This document shows, piece after piece, positions 19,048 through 28,125 of a stretch of 64,000 bases of DNA. The position numbers and the translations under genes were made by a program. Where the stretch lies: contig CABUIY010000007.1 in assembly GCA_902491765.1 (NCBI GenBank), positions 5,204 through 69,203 of the forward strand, written 5' to 3'. The stretch is from an uncultured Collinsella sp. GTDB taxonomy: Bacteria > Actinomycetota > Coriobacteriia > Coriobacteriales > Coriobacteriaceae. The notes under the pieces were generated by a model, which ran no database searches, was not told the origin of the DNA, and was given only the letters and a program-made list of their open reading frames with translations. Numbering within the stretch: position 1 is the stretch's first letter; the number at the start of each line of letters is the position of its first letter.

Positions 19048-21375
19048 TTAAGCGGAAACTGCGACGGAAGCAGTGTTGGCCTCATCCTCGTCGGTCCATG
19101 CATGCTTGGGCATGGGACGGAAGATCTGGAAGAGCATCGCAACCAGCAGCACGATTGCCACAACCGTCCAGATACCAAACTGTCCAAGAACAAGCAAGTT
19201 GTAGAACTGGTTGATGAACAGGCCGATCACCCAAGCGAAGGCGCACTCGTAGCCGATGGCAATCGCGGTCCACTTGCCAGAGTCCATCTGGTTGCGGATG
19301 GTGCCAATGGCGGCAAAGCACGGAGCGCACAGCAGGTTGAAAGCGCCAAAGGCAACGCAAGCGCCCATGGTGGGGAACATGCCGGCAAACGCGGTCCACA
19401 GGCTCGGGTCGGTCTCGCCCGCATCGGCGACGGACAGCAGCGAGCCGGCGGTGGCGACGACGTTCTCCTTGGCGACGAGGCCAGAGACAGTCAGTGCGGT
19501 GGCCTGCCAGGTGCTAAAGCCGAGCGGGGCGAAGATCCAAGCGACCAGGTTGCCCAGCATGGCAAGCACGGAGTAGTCCATAAACTCCTCGGGGATGCCG
19601 TCCATCGCAGGCAGGAAGCCAAAGGAACCGTTATAGCTACCAAAGTTGGAGAGGAACCAAACGACGACGGTGGACGCGAAGATGACCGTGCCGGCCTTCT
19701 TGATAAAGGCCCAGCAGCGCTCCCACACGTGCAGCGCCCAGGAACGGATCGCCGGGAAGTGGTAGGCAGGAAGCTCCATGACAAACGGGGTCGGACGGCC
19801 GGCGAAGAGCTTGGTCTTCTTGAGCATGAGGCCCGAGGCGATGACGGCAAAGACGCCCAGGAAGTAGAAAAGCGGGCTGATCCATGCGGCCGTGGTGGAA
19901 GAATCGCCAATGATGGAGCCCATGAGCAGGGCGATGATCGGCAGCTTGGCGCCGCAGGGGATGAACGTGGTGGTCATGACCGTCATGCGGCGGTCCTTCT
20001 CGTTCTCGATGGTCTTGGTAGCCATGACGCCGGGGACGCCGCAGCCTGAGGACACGAGCATGGGGATGAACGACTTACCGGACAGGCCAAAGCGGCGGAA
20101 CACGCGGTCCATGATAAAGGCGACGCGGGCCATGTAGCCGCAGTCCTCCAGGAAGGACAGCATCACGAACAGCAGGAACATCTGCGGCACAAAGCCGAAG
20201 ATGGCGCCCAGGCCGCCAACGATACCGTCGCAGACCAGCGAATCGACCAGGCCACCGTCCTCGGTGCCACCCGCCACGAGGGCATCGTGCACCATGGTGG
20301 TGATACCCGGGACATAGGGGCCGTACTGTGCCGGGTCGACCGAGTCGGCGTCGTCACCCGCGGCCTCGACGGCCGCGTCGTAGGCGTCGCGGCCCTGACC
20401 GAGCACGTACCAGCCGTCGGTGCCGAAGAGCTGGTCGTTGGTGAAGTCGGTCACCGTGCCGCCCAAGGTAGAAACGGCGATGTAGTACACGCAGAACATG
20501 ATGACCACAAAGATCGGCAGACCCAGGATACGGTTGGTAACCACGCGGTCGATCTTCTCGGAGGTGCTCATCTTGGCCGGAGCCTTAGTGAGGCACTCAT
20601 CGATGATGTGCGCGATGACGCCATAGCGCTCACCGGTGATGATGGACTCGGCATCGTCGTCGCAGTCCTGCTCGCACTGGGCGACCAGCTCCTCCACGCG
20701 AGCGGCCTTCTCCTTGGTGAGGTTGATGAGCTTGCAGGCGTCTGCATCGCGCTCAAACAGCTTGACGGCGTAGTAGCGACGCTTGTTGGCGGGAACGCTC
20801 GCAGGCAGGTTATTCTCGATGTGGTCCAGAACGTCCTCGATGGAGGAATCGAACTTGTGCTCCGGCACCTGGCCCTTAGAAGCAGCGGACTTCTTGACCT
20901 GATCGAACAGCTCCGTGATGCCCTTGTTCTTAAGAGCGGAGATCATCATGACCGGGCAACCGAGCTTCTTGGAGAGCTTGTCCGTATCGATCTTATCGCC
21001 GTTCTTCTCGACCAGGTCGGCCATGTTGAGGGCAACGACCACGGGCAGGCCGGTCTCGATAACCTGAAGCGCCAGGTACAGGTTACGCTCGAGGTTGGTG
21101 GCGTCGACAACCTGGACGACAACATCGGGCTCGCCGCTCATGAGGTAATCGCGCGAGCATTGCTCCTCGGGGCTGTAGGGGGAAAGCGAGTAGATGCCAG
21201 GGAGGTCCGTGATGGTAACGTTCTTGTCGCTTAGGAGCTTGGCCTCCTTTTTCTCAACCGTGACGCCGGGCCAGTTGCCAACGTAGCCGTTGGCGCCGGT
21301 AATCAGGTTGAAAAGCGTGGTCTTGCCGCAGTTGGGGTTACCCGCCAGCGCGACATGGATCTGAGAATCCGCCAT
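19048..21375 (-). CDS. feoB: Ferrous iron transporter FeoB
   Basis: N-terminal G domain (GNPNCGKTTLFN, DLPGIYS) followed by a large polytopic membrane domain; 775 aa. Confidence 0.95.
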   Translation of the reverse strand: MADSQIHVALAGNPNCGKTTLFNLITGANGYVGNWPGVTVEKKEAKLLSDKNVTITDLPGIYSLSPYSPEEQCSRDYLMSGEPDVVVQVVDATNLERNLYLALQVIETGLPVVVALNMADLVEKNGDKIDTDKLSKKLGCPVMMISALKNKGITELFDQVKKSAASKGQVPEHKFDSSIEDVLDHIENNLPASVPANKRRYYAVKLFERDADACKLINLTKEKAARVEELVAQCEQDCDDDAESIITGERYGVIAHIIDECLTKAPAKMSTSEKIDRVVTNRILGLPIFVVIMFCVYYIAVSTLGGTVTDFTNDQLFGTDGWYVLGQGRDAYDAAVEAAGDDADSVDPAQYGPYVPGITTMVHDALVAGGTEDGGLVDSLVCDGIVGGLGAIFGFVPQMFLLFVMLSFLEDCGYMARVAFIMDRVFRRFGLSGKSFIPMLVSSGCGVPGVMATKTIENEKDRRMTVMTTTFIPCGAKLPIIALLMGSIIGDSSTTAAWISPLFYFLGVFAVIASGLMLKKTKLFAGRPTPFVMELPAYHFPAIRSWALHVWERCWAFIKKAGTVIFASTVVVWFLSNFGSYNGSFGFLPAMDGIPEEFMDYSVLAMLGNLVAWIFAPLGFSTWQATALTVSGLVAKENVVATAGSLLSVADAGETDPSLWTAFAGMFPTMGACVAFGAFNLLCAPCFAAIGTIRNQMDSGKWTAIAIGYECAFAWVIGLFINQFYNLLVLGQFGIWTVVAIVLLVAMLFQIFRPMPKHAWTDEDEANTASVAVSA

Positions 21376-21450
21376 TCAATCCTTCTTCCTTGTGTGCCTG
21401 CGCTGCTTTCTCCGCGCAGGCTGGATAATGTGCTTCAAAGATGCTGCATT

Positions 21451-21470
21451 AAGTTAGAAAAATCTAACTT
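21451..21470. promoter_or_regulatory. Perfect 8-bp inverted repeat AAGTTAGA-N4-TCTAACTT in the feoA-feoB spacer
   Basis: Read directly from the sequence. It shares GTTAG/CTAAC half-sites with the palindromes upstream of the operon (22048-22095). Confidence 0.4.
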
Positions 21471-21498
21471 TATCTGCAGAAATATGCGTCGCGAGCCC

Positions 21499-21720
21499 TT
21501 ACTGGACCTCGACGACGGCCGCCTCCTCCTTGCGGATGGAAAGCTCGTAGCCGCGCACGTTGATCTCGACCGGATCACCGAGCGGTGCAACCTTCACGAC
21601 CTTGAACGAAGTGCCCTTGATGAGCCCCAGGTCCATAAGGTGGCGGCGAAGCGCACCCTCACCGTGAAGCTTGACGATGGTGGAGCTCTCGCCCACCTTA
21701 ACGTCACCCAACGTCTTCAT
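21499..21720 (-). CDS. feoA: FeoA-family protein
   Basis: 73-aa SH3-like FeoA (LGDVKVGESSTIVKLHGEG...RRHLMDLGLIKGTSF). Confidence 0.9.
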   Translation of the reverse strand: MKTLGDVKVGESSTIVKLHGEGALRRHLMDLGLIKGTSFKVVKVAPLGDPVEINVRGYELSIRKEEAAVVEVQ

Positions 21721-21759
21721 CCTCTTATCCCCCTTTCGGTTTTTATGAAATGCTGCAGA

Positions 21760-22002
21760 CTAACCGACGGTCATGATGTGCATGGCAACCTTGGAATCGA
21801 TGCCAAAGCGTGCGCCCAGCACCGTGACGATGATATTGGCGCCGCTCGAGCTCACCACGTGGATTTCGCTGCCCTCGACAAAGCCGAGGTCCTTGAGGTG
21901 GTGCTTCATGTCCTCATTGCCCTTTACACGAGACACGCGCACGGTTTCGCCCGCTTTTACCATCGAAAGCGGCATTGCCGGCATCTGCGGTCCGCAAGAC
22001 AT
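21760..22002 (-). CDS. feoA: FeoA-family protein (second copy)
   Basis: About 70-80 aa (MVKAGETVRVSRVKGNEDMKHHLKDLGFVEGSEI). The exact start is uncertain. Confidence 0.85.
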   Translation of the reverse strand: MSCGPQMPAMPLSMVKAGETVRVSRVKGNEDMKHHLKDLGFVEGSEIHVVSSSGANIIVTVLGARFGIDSKVAMHIMTVG

Positions 22003-22047
22003 GAGTGGCTCCTAACGTCAGTTCGTCCTTCACATCGACATGGTAAA

Positions 22048-22095
22048 AGTTAGCCACATCTATGTTCGCTTTAGTAAACTAACACGTGGTTAACT
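22048..22095. promoter_or_regulatory. Nested palindromes upstream of feoA-feoA-feoB; candidate metalloregulator operator
   Basis: The outer arms AGTTAGCCAC (22048-22057) / GTGGTTAACT (22086-22095) enclose TTAGTAAACTAA (22071-22082). The site lies 45-95 bp upstream of the first feoA. Confidence 0.45.
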
Positions 22096-22237
22096 TTTTG
22101 GAAAGGGTCCCCATTCAGATTTCGAAAAAGTTTCCTATACGAAACAAAAGAAGCACCACAAAGACCATCTCTTTGCGGTGCCTTGTCATACCAATTTATG
22201 CAACAAAGGGGACTGTCCCCTTGTCACATTGATGCGC

Positions 22238-22486
22238 TTAGAGCGAGAGGTTTCTGATCGACGTGACGCAGGAGGCCTCATCCACGCCCGAAACGCGGAA
22301 CACGACGTCTTCGCCACATTCGCCGCAGAGTGCCATGAGCCCTATAACGTCGCGGCCATCGGTGTAGCGGTCACCAATCGAAACCGACACGTCACTACGG
22401 TGCTTGGCAATGATGTCATAGAGCAGCGCAACCGGGCGGGCATGTAATCCCAACGGATCTTTAATCGTCTTTGTAAACTCGACCAT
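22238..22486 (-). CDS. HPr-like phosphocarrier protein (His15 present, Asp at the Ser46 position)
   Basis: MVEFTKTIKDPLGLHARPVALL... has the GLHARP active-site motif. The regulatory-site region reads GRDVIGLMAL rather than KSIMGVMSL. The start is at 22484-22486, after GGGAGGGG. Confidence 0.8.
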   Translation of the reverse strand: MVEFTKTIKDPLGLHARPVALLYDIIAKHRSDVSVSIGDRYTDGRDVIGLMALCGECGEDVVFRVSGVDEASCVTSIRNLSL

Positions 22487-22781
22487 GTCCCCTCCCACGA
22501 CATCGCACATTCGGCCGGCCAAACCCAGCCACGTGGTAGTTATTGTAGCGTTAGATGCTTGTTGAGGGCGGGACGGAAATCGCATCCCATTTCGAGCGTC
22601 AATGATGGGACACAGTTTCCGCTGAGCGACCCTGGCGGAAAGTACATCCCATTCTGGACGCAAATTCCGGGACGCAGTTTCCGCGACGCCCAGTCAACCT
22701 ATGCCCTCGCAACGCCCGCGCATAAAAAACGAGGGAAGGCACGCGTCCTTCCCTCGTTACGGGCAATATGTAGCCGCTCGC

Positions 22782-24569
22782 CTACATCAGGCGCAGGCTG
22801 ACGTCCTTGAGCTGGGCACCGCTAACGGCACTCGGGGCGCCCGACATAAGGTCAGAGCCGCTGGCCGTCTTGGGGAACGCCATGACGTCACGGATGGAGT
22901 CGGAGCCGGTGAGCAACATGCACACGCGGTCCAGACCCAGAGCGAAACCGCCCATCGGGGGCGCACCAAACTTGAGCGCCTCCATGAGGAAGCCAAACTG
23001 AGACTCGGCGCGCTCCTCGGTAAAGCCCAGGAGCTTGAGCATGGACATCTGCATCTCGGCGTTGTGGATACGCATACCACCGCCGCCGGCCTCAAAGCCG
23101 TCCATGACAAAGTCGTAGGTGCAAGAACCGGCCGCCAACGGGTCGGCCTCGATCTTGGCGATGTCGGTCTCGGTCGGCAGGGTGAAGGGCTGATGCTCGG
23201 CAGCGTAGGCCTTGCGGTCCTCATCCCAGTGGAACAGCGGGAAGTTGACGACCCACAGGAAGTCGTGGCCCTCGCGCTTGATCTCGAGCGCATTGGCCAT
23301 GTGGGAACGCATACCGCCCAGGATCTCGTCAGAGAGCAGGCGCGGGCCGGCGGCAAACATCACAAGGTCGCCGGGCTCGACATCCATGCGCTCGCGCAGA
23401 GCCGTCATCTCCTCGTCCGAGAAGAACTTGACGATGGGGCTGTTGATGGAGCCGTCCTCGCGGAAAGCGATCCATGCCAGGCCCTTGGCGCCAAACGTGG
23501 AAGCCACGCCGGCGAGCTTATCGATCTTGGCACGTGCCCAGGCACCGGCGCCCTTGGCGTTGATGGCCTTGACGACAGAGCCCTCCTCGTTTGCGGCAGT
23601 CGCAAAGACCTTGAACTTGGAGTTGGCGAAGATGTCGGTCAGGTCGACCAGGTGCATGCCGTAGCGGGTATCGGGCTTGTCGGAGCCATAGGTGTCCATG
23701 GCATCCCAGTAGTTCATGCGACGCAGCGGCGTAGGCATCTCGACACCCATGCGACCGAAGGCATCGGCCAGGACCTCTTCGAGCGCGCTCATGACATCAT
23801 TCTGGTCCACGAAGGACATCTCGATATCGACCTGGGTGAACTCGGGCTGACGGTCGGCACGCAGGTCCTCGTCGCGGAAGCACTTGGCAACCTGGTAGTA
23901 GCGCTCGACGCCACCGACCATAAGCAGCTGCTTCAGAAGCTGCGGGGACTGCGGCAGGGCGTAGAAGTTACCCGGCTGAATACGGCTGGGAACGATGAAG
24001 TCGCGAGCGCCCTCGGGCGTGGACTTAAACAGGGAGGGCGTCTCGACCTCCATGAACTCACGGTTGTGCAGCGCCTCGCGAATGGCAAAGGTAAAGTCGG
24101 AGCGCAGCTTGAGGTTGGCCATCATCTCGGGACGGCGGAGGTCCAGATAGCGATAGCGCAGGCGGGTGTCCTCGCTGGTCTCGATGCCGTCCTCGATCTG
24201 GAACGGCGGGGTGACGGACGTGTTGAGCACCTCGGCGTGGTCGGTCAGGACCTCGATCTCGCCGGTCGCGAGCTTGGTGTTGGTGGTCTCCTCGCCACGA
24301 GCGCGCACGACGCCGTGAATCTTGATGGGCCACTCGGGACGCATGGTCTCGGCGATCTTAAAGGCATCGCCGTCGGAGTGCTCGGGGTCGAAGGTGAGCT
24401 GCGTGATGCCCTCGCGGTCGCGAAGGTCGCAGAAAATAAGGCCGCCGTGGTCGCGGCGACGGCTCACCCAACCGGTGAGGGTGACCTCTTCGCCCACGTT
24501 CTCGAAGCGAAGCTCGCCGCAGGTACGGGTGTGCATGGAATGCTCATCGATGGGACGGGTCTGGCTCAT
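22782..24569 (-). CDS. aspS: Aspartate--tRNA ligase
   Basis: 595 aa. An N-terminal OB-fold anticodon-binding domain (LTGWVSRRRDHGGLIFCDLRD) is followed by class II motifs (FRDEDLRADRQPEFTQ, GGGGMRIH, GLDR). Confidence 0.95.
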   Translation of the reverse strand: MSQTRPIDEHSMHTRTCGELRFENVGEEVTLTGWVSRRRDHGGLIFCDLRDREGITQLTFDPEHSDGDAFKIAETMRPEWPIKIHGVVRARGEETTNTKLATGEIEVLTDHAEVLNTSVTPPFQIEDGIETSEDTRLRYRYLDLRRPEMMANLKLRSDFTFAIREALHNREFMEVETPSLFKSTPEGARDFIVPSRIQPGNFYALPQSPQLLKQLLMVGGVERYYQVAKCFRDEDLRADRQPEFTQVDIEMSFVDQNDVMSALEEVLADAFGRMGVEMPTPLRRMNYWDAMDTYGSDKPDTRYGMHLVDLTDIFANSKFKVFATAANEEGSVVKAINAKGAGAWARAKIDKLAGVASTFGAKGLAWIAFREDGSINSPIVKFFSDEEMTALRERMDVEPGDLVMFAAGPRLLSDEILGGMRSHMANALEIKREGHDFLWVVNFPLFHWDEDRKAYAAEHQPFTLPTETDIAKIEADPLAAGSCTYDFVMDGFEAGGGGMRIHNAEMQMSMLKLLGFTEERAESQFGFLMEALKFGAPPMGGFALGLDRVCMLLTGSDSIRDVMAFPKTASGSDLMSGAPSAVSGAQLKDVSLRLM

Positions 24570-24825
24570 ACCAGTGATCCTCCTTTATGGATCTGTGCCG
24601 CCCCGTGTCGTTCCGGGCGGCGTCGTACAGATTTGCCCAGCCTGCGTAAACCGCGCAGCCGGACATGGCGTTCTATCTTATCGCACCCACGTCGATGTGC
24701 CGCGGAAAAGTAGCTCATGCCCAAAGACTTGACGGAGACGAAACAATTGATGCGCCGTGGCCGTCGCCAAGGCGCGCCGCGTGCGACAATGTGCCCCAAT
24801 ACAACTGCACTCGGAAAGGCCCGCC

Positions 24826-25461
24826 ATGACTGCACGCCTCATCGTTATGGATATCGACTCTACGCTCATCAACCAGGAGGTCATCGACCTGTTGGGCGAG
24901 GAGGCCGGCGTGGGCAAGCAGGTAGCGCAGATCACCGAGCGCGCCATGCGCGGCGAGCTTGACTTTAAGCAGGCGCTCGAGGAGCGCGTGGGGCTGCTTG
25001 CCGGCCTGGACGAGAGCGTGTTCGAGCGCACCTTTGCGCGCGTGACGTTTACCCCCGGCGCGCTGGAGCTTGTGCGCTCGGCGCACAGCAAGGGCTGGAA
25101 GGTCGGCGTGGTAAGCGGCGGCTTCCACGAGGTCGCCGATAAGATCGTGGCCGCTGCGGGCATCGATTTTTGTCTAGCGAACCGCCTGGAGGTCGTAGAC
25201 GGCAAGCTCACCGGTAAGTTGGCTGCCGACATCGTGACCAAGGAATCCAAGCTCATCCAGCTGCTGGATTGGGCAGTTGAGTGCGGCGTCGATATGGCCC
25301 ACACCGTCGCGATCGGCGACGGCGCCAACGACATCCCCATGATTCAGGCCGCGGGCACGGGCATCGCGTTTTGCGCCAAGCCCAAGACGCGCGAGGCCGC
25401 CCCGTTTGCCATCGACGAGCGCAATCTGATGCTCGCCATGGACATCATCCTGCGCGACTAG
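24826..25461 (+). CDS. serB: Phosphoserine phosphatase (HAD superfamily)
   Basis: MDIDSTLI (DxDxT motif), SGGF, and GDGANDIPM. The start is at MTARL after GGAAAGG. Confidence 0.85.
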   Translation: MTARLIVMDIDSTLINQEVIDLLGEEAGVGKQVAQITERAMRGELDFKQALEERVGLLAGLDESVFERTFARVTFTPGALELVRSAHSKGWKVGVVSGGFHEVADKIVAAAGIDFCLANRLEVVDGKLTGKLAADIVTKESKLIQLLDWAVECGVDMAHTVAIGDGANDIPMIQAAGTGIAFCAKPKTREAAPFAIDERNLMLAMDIILRD

Positions 25462-25498
25462 TCAATCCGTCTAACAACAGAATCAATTCCTCTATGTC

Positions 25499-25536
25499 TA
25501 GTTTCCGAACGATTTTGTTCTAATGTTCGGAAACTA
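25499..25536. promoter_or_regulatory. 12-bp inverted repeat upstream of larB; candidate operator
   Basis: TAGTTTCCGAAC-N14-GTTCGGAAACTA. It ends 41 nt before the larB ATG. No T-run follows it, so a terminator role for serB is less likely. Confidence 0.5.
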
Positions 25537-25577
25537 CCCTTCTCGTGCTAGACTTTGCACCGTCGAAGGGAACATAT

Positions 25578-26360
25578 ATGGATAAGCGAGATCTTGAGCA
25601 ATTGCTGAGCGATGTTGCCGACGGAACAGTCATCCCGGCAGTCGCCCTCACGCGCATCCAGACGGCGCCAACCGCCAATCTGGGTTTTGCGCAGCTCGAT
25701 CTTTCACGCGGGGTGCGCCAGGGAGCCGGCGAGGTTGTCTACGGCGCCGGTAAAACCGCCGAGCAGATTGCCGCCATTATCAAAGCATTACTCAATGCCG
25801 GCCAGGTGCGCATCCTGGTCACGCGCCTGGACGCCGAAAAGGCAGCCCGCGCCTCGAAGCTCCTCGGCAACGGCATCGACCTGGGATATGTCCCAGACGC
25901 ACAGCTCGCCCTCGTGGGCGGCAAGCCCTCCCCTACCGGCAACGGACGCATCGTTGTCGCCTGCGCCGGTACGAGCGACCTGCCCGTCGCCGAGGAAGCC
26001 GCGTTGACGGCCGAATTCTATGGCAACGAGGTCGACCGCCTCTACGACGTAGGTGTCGCAGGCCTGCACCGCCTGCTCGCGCATGCCGAGGAACTTGCCC
26101 AGGCGCAGGTGGTCATCGCCATCGCCGGCATGGAAGGCGCCCTGGCGAGCGTTATCGGCGGTCTGGTGAGCTGTCCGGTCATCGCCGTTCCCACCAGCGT
26201 GGGCTACGGCGCAAATTTTGGAGGCGTAGCCGCGCTGCTCGCCATGCTCAACTCCTGCGCCAGCGGCGTATCGGTCGTCAATATCGATAACGGCTTTGGT
26301 GCCGCCTACCAGGCAAGTCTTATCAATCATCTGAGCGCCGGCACATCCTGCGCCCGTTAA
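25578..26360 (+). CDS. larB: Nickel-pincer cofactor biosynthesis protein LarB (PurE-like carboxylase/hydrolase)
   Basis: The PurE-like core (VACAGTSDLPVAEEA...IAIAGMEGALASVIGG...VIAVPTSVGYG) has the characteristic N-terminal extension. It is followed by larC. Confidence 0.85.
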   Translation: MDKRDLEQLLSDVADGTVIPAVALTRIQTAPTANLGFAQLDLSRGVRQGAGEVVYGAGKTAEQIAAIIKALLNAGQVRILVTRLDAEKAARASKLLGNGIDLGYVPDAQLALVGGKPSPTGNGRIVVACAGTSDLPVAEEAALTAEFYGNEVDRLYDVGVAGLHRLLAHAEELAQAQVVIAIAGMEGALASVIGGLVSCPVIAVPTSVGYGANFGGVAALLAMLNSCASGVSVVNIDNGFGAAYQASLINHLSAGTSCAR

Positions 26361-26370
26361 GGAGCATTCC

Positions 26371-27294
26371 ATGTCCAACCATCAGCACACGCTTATCATC
26401 GACGGCACTTCGGGCATCAGCGGCGATATGACCGTCGCGGCCCTGCTCGACCTGGGCGCCAGCGAGGAGCACCTGCGCGAACAGCTCGCCACGCTGCCGG
26501 TCGACGGCTTTTCGATCGCTGTAACGCGCGTAAACAAGCATGGCATCGACGCCTGCGATTTCGACGTCCAGCTTGCAGAGGGCCTCGAGAACCATGATCA
26601 CGATATGGCCTGGCTCTACGGCAACGAAGCAGCTGTCGAGCATATGCATGAGCATGAGCATGAGCACCACCATCATGGCCATGGCGAGCACGAACACGAG
26701 CACACACACGACCATGACCATGAGGCCCACGGCCATGGTCATGAGGGTCACCATCACGCCCACCACCATCACCACCGTTCTTTGGCGGACGTCACCGCCA
26801 TCATCGACGGCTCACAGCTAAGCGATGGCGCCAAGCGTCGTGCGCTCGCCATCTTTACCGCACTTGCCGCCGCCGAGGCCAAGGCCCACGGCAAAACGCC
26901 CGAAACCGTCATGTTCCACGAGGTGGGCGCCGTCGACTCCATCGTCGACGCCTGCTCTGTCGCCATCTGCCTCGATGACCTGGGTATTGAGGACATCGTT
27001 GTCGAGTCGCTTTCCGAGGGCCACGGCACCATCCGCTGCGCCCACGGCCTCATGCCCATTCCCGTCCCCGCCGTTGTCAACCTATGCCAGGCGGGCAATA
27101 TCGCCCTCACGCCCGTACCGGTCGCCGGCGAGCTCGTGACGCCCACGGGCGCCGCCATCGTCGCCGCGCTGCGCACGTCCGAGCACCTGCCGGCACGCTA
27201 CCGCATCGAAGCCGTCGGCTACGGCGCCGGCAAGCGTCCCTACGAGGGTTGCTCCGGCACGCTCCGTTGCCTGCTTGTTCAAGTGGATGCATAA
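26371..27294 (+). CDS. larC: LarC-like nickel insertase, N-terminal (DUF111) domain with a His-rich tract only; the C-terminal domain is absent
   Basis: N-terminus LIIDGTSGISGDMTVAALLDLG; His-rich tract HMHEHEHEHHHHGHGEHEHEHTHDHDHEAHGHGHEGHHHAHHHHH (about 26641-26776); HEVGAVDSIVD. The ORF stops 2 nt before the tetR ATG. Confidence 0.8.
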   Translation: MSNHQHTLIIDGTSGISGDMTVAALLDLGASEEHLREQLATLPVDGFSIAVTRVNKHGIDACDFDVQLAEGLENHDHDMAWLYGNEAAVEHMHEHEHEHHHHGHGEHEHEHTHDHDHEAHGHGHEGHHHAHHHHHRSLADVTAIIDGSQLSDGAKRRALAIFTALAAAEAKAHGKTPETVMFHEVGAVDSIVDACSVAICLDDLGIEDIVVESLSEGHGTIRCAHGLMPIPVPAVVNLCQAGNIALTPVPVAGELVTPTGAAIVAALRTSEHLPARYRIEAVGYGAGKRPYEGCSGTLRCLLVQVDA

Positions 27295-27296
27295 CC

Positions 27297-27836
27297 ATGG
27301 ATGCCCGCAAAGAAAAAAGCCGCGCCGCTATTGTCACGGCGTTTTCCGAGCTCCTTCGCGAGGAGGACTACGGCAAGATCACTGTCGGCGACATCATCGC
27401 TCGCGCCCACGTAGGCCGCGCGACATTCTACGGCCTCTTTAAGAGCAAAGACGACCTACTGTCCGAGCTCGTGAGCGACATCTGCACCCACGCCCTCGAC
27501 GACGATGGTACGCCGCTCGACGACCCACTCGTGCAAGTCGAGCATATCCTCAACAACCTCTGGGAGCGCCGTCAGGGCGTACGAGCCCTCGTAGCCGGTG
27601 CCGGCTCACGCGTCTTCGCCGACTGTCTCCGCAAGACCATCATGTCGCGCGCAGCCGAAATCGTCCCCGCCGACCCCGCAGGCCCCGCCGGCACCATGGA
27701 CCGCAGCTTCTTACTACACCACATAGCCTCAAGCTTCGTAGGAATGGTCCAATGGTGGGCCTGGCATAACTTCCAAGCAGACAAAGCCGACGTAGCCAAA
27801 GACTACCTCTCAGCCATAAAACCCCTCTTCAACTAA
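27297..27836 (+). CDS. TetR/AcrR-family transcriptional regulator
   Basis: The N-terminal HTH reads AIVTAFSELLREEDYGKITVGDIIARAHVGRATFYGLF. The gene is tightly coupled to larC. Confidence 0.85.
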   Translation: MDARKEKSRAAIVTAFSELLREEDYGKITVGDIIARAHVGRATFYGLFKSKDDLLSELVSDICTHALDDDGTPLDDPLVQVEHILNNLWERRQGVRALVAGAGSRVFADCLRKTIMSRAAEIVPADPAGPAGTMDRSFLLHHIASSFVGMVQWWAWHNFQADKADVAKDYLSAIKPLFN

Positions 27837-27976
27837 ACGCCCCATCCCATCCCAAGGCGTCGCCCCTTCCCAAAGTACCGCTTGCATTTCAAAGCACCCA
27901 ACAGCCAAGCGCCCACCACATCCAAATTCAGATATATATGTTGGGTTGCTTGTTCGAACACAGCCAAGAATGCCCA

Positions 27977-28101
27977 GGGCTCGGTAGGGGTTAACTTTCC
28001 AACGCACTCCGCAGGACGCAAAAAGGCTCGCCGCACGAAGTGCGCAGCGAGCCTTTTTGCATGTCCGAGGACGCGTTGGAAAGTTAACCCCTACCGAGCC
28101 C
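27977..28101. repeat. 125-nt palindromic element with an embedded bidirectional terminator (family copy A)
   Basis: The 29-nt outer arms 27977-28005 / 28073-28101 are perfectly complementary. The conserved core is ACTCCGCAGGACGCA ... ATGTCCGAGGACG. The inner stem is GCAAAAAGGCTCGC / GCGAGCCTTTTTGC, with a CGCAC-GAA-GTGCG tip. Confidence 0.85.
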
Positions 28102-28125
28102 GGACCTTATAGAGCCGTCCTTTGA

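Noticed and set aside
26323-26775. 150-aa minus-strand ORF rich in MVMV repeats.
   Set aside because: It is the antisense reading of the His-rich CAY-codon tract of larC, so it is a compositional artefact.
27084-27836. Programmed frameshift joining larC to a downstream LarC2-like frame, as in L. plantarum larC1/larC2.
   Set aside because: The only downstream ORF is a clear TetR regulator. The in-frame upstream extension of that ORF (27084-27296) is Arg-rich nonsense overlapping larC. No LarC C-terminal-domain-like sequence appears in any frame.
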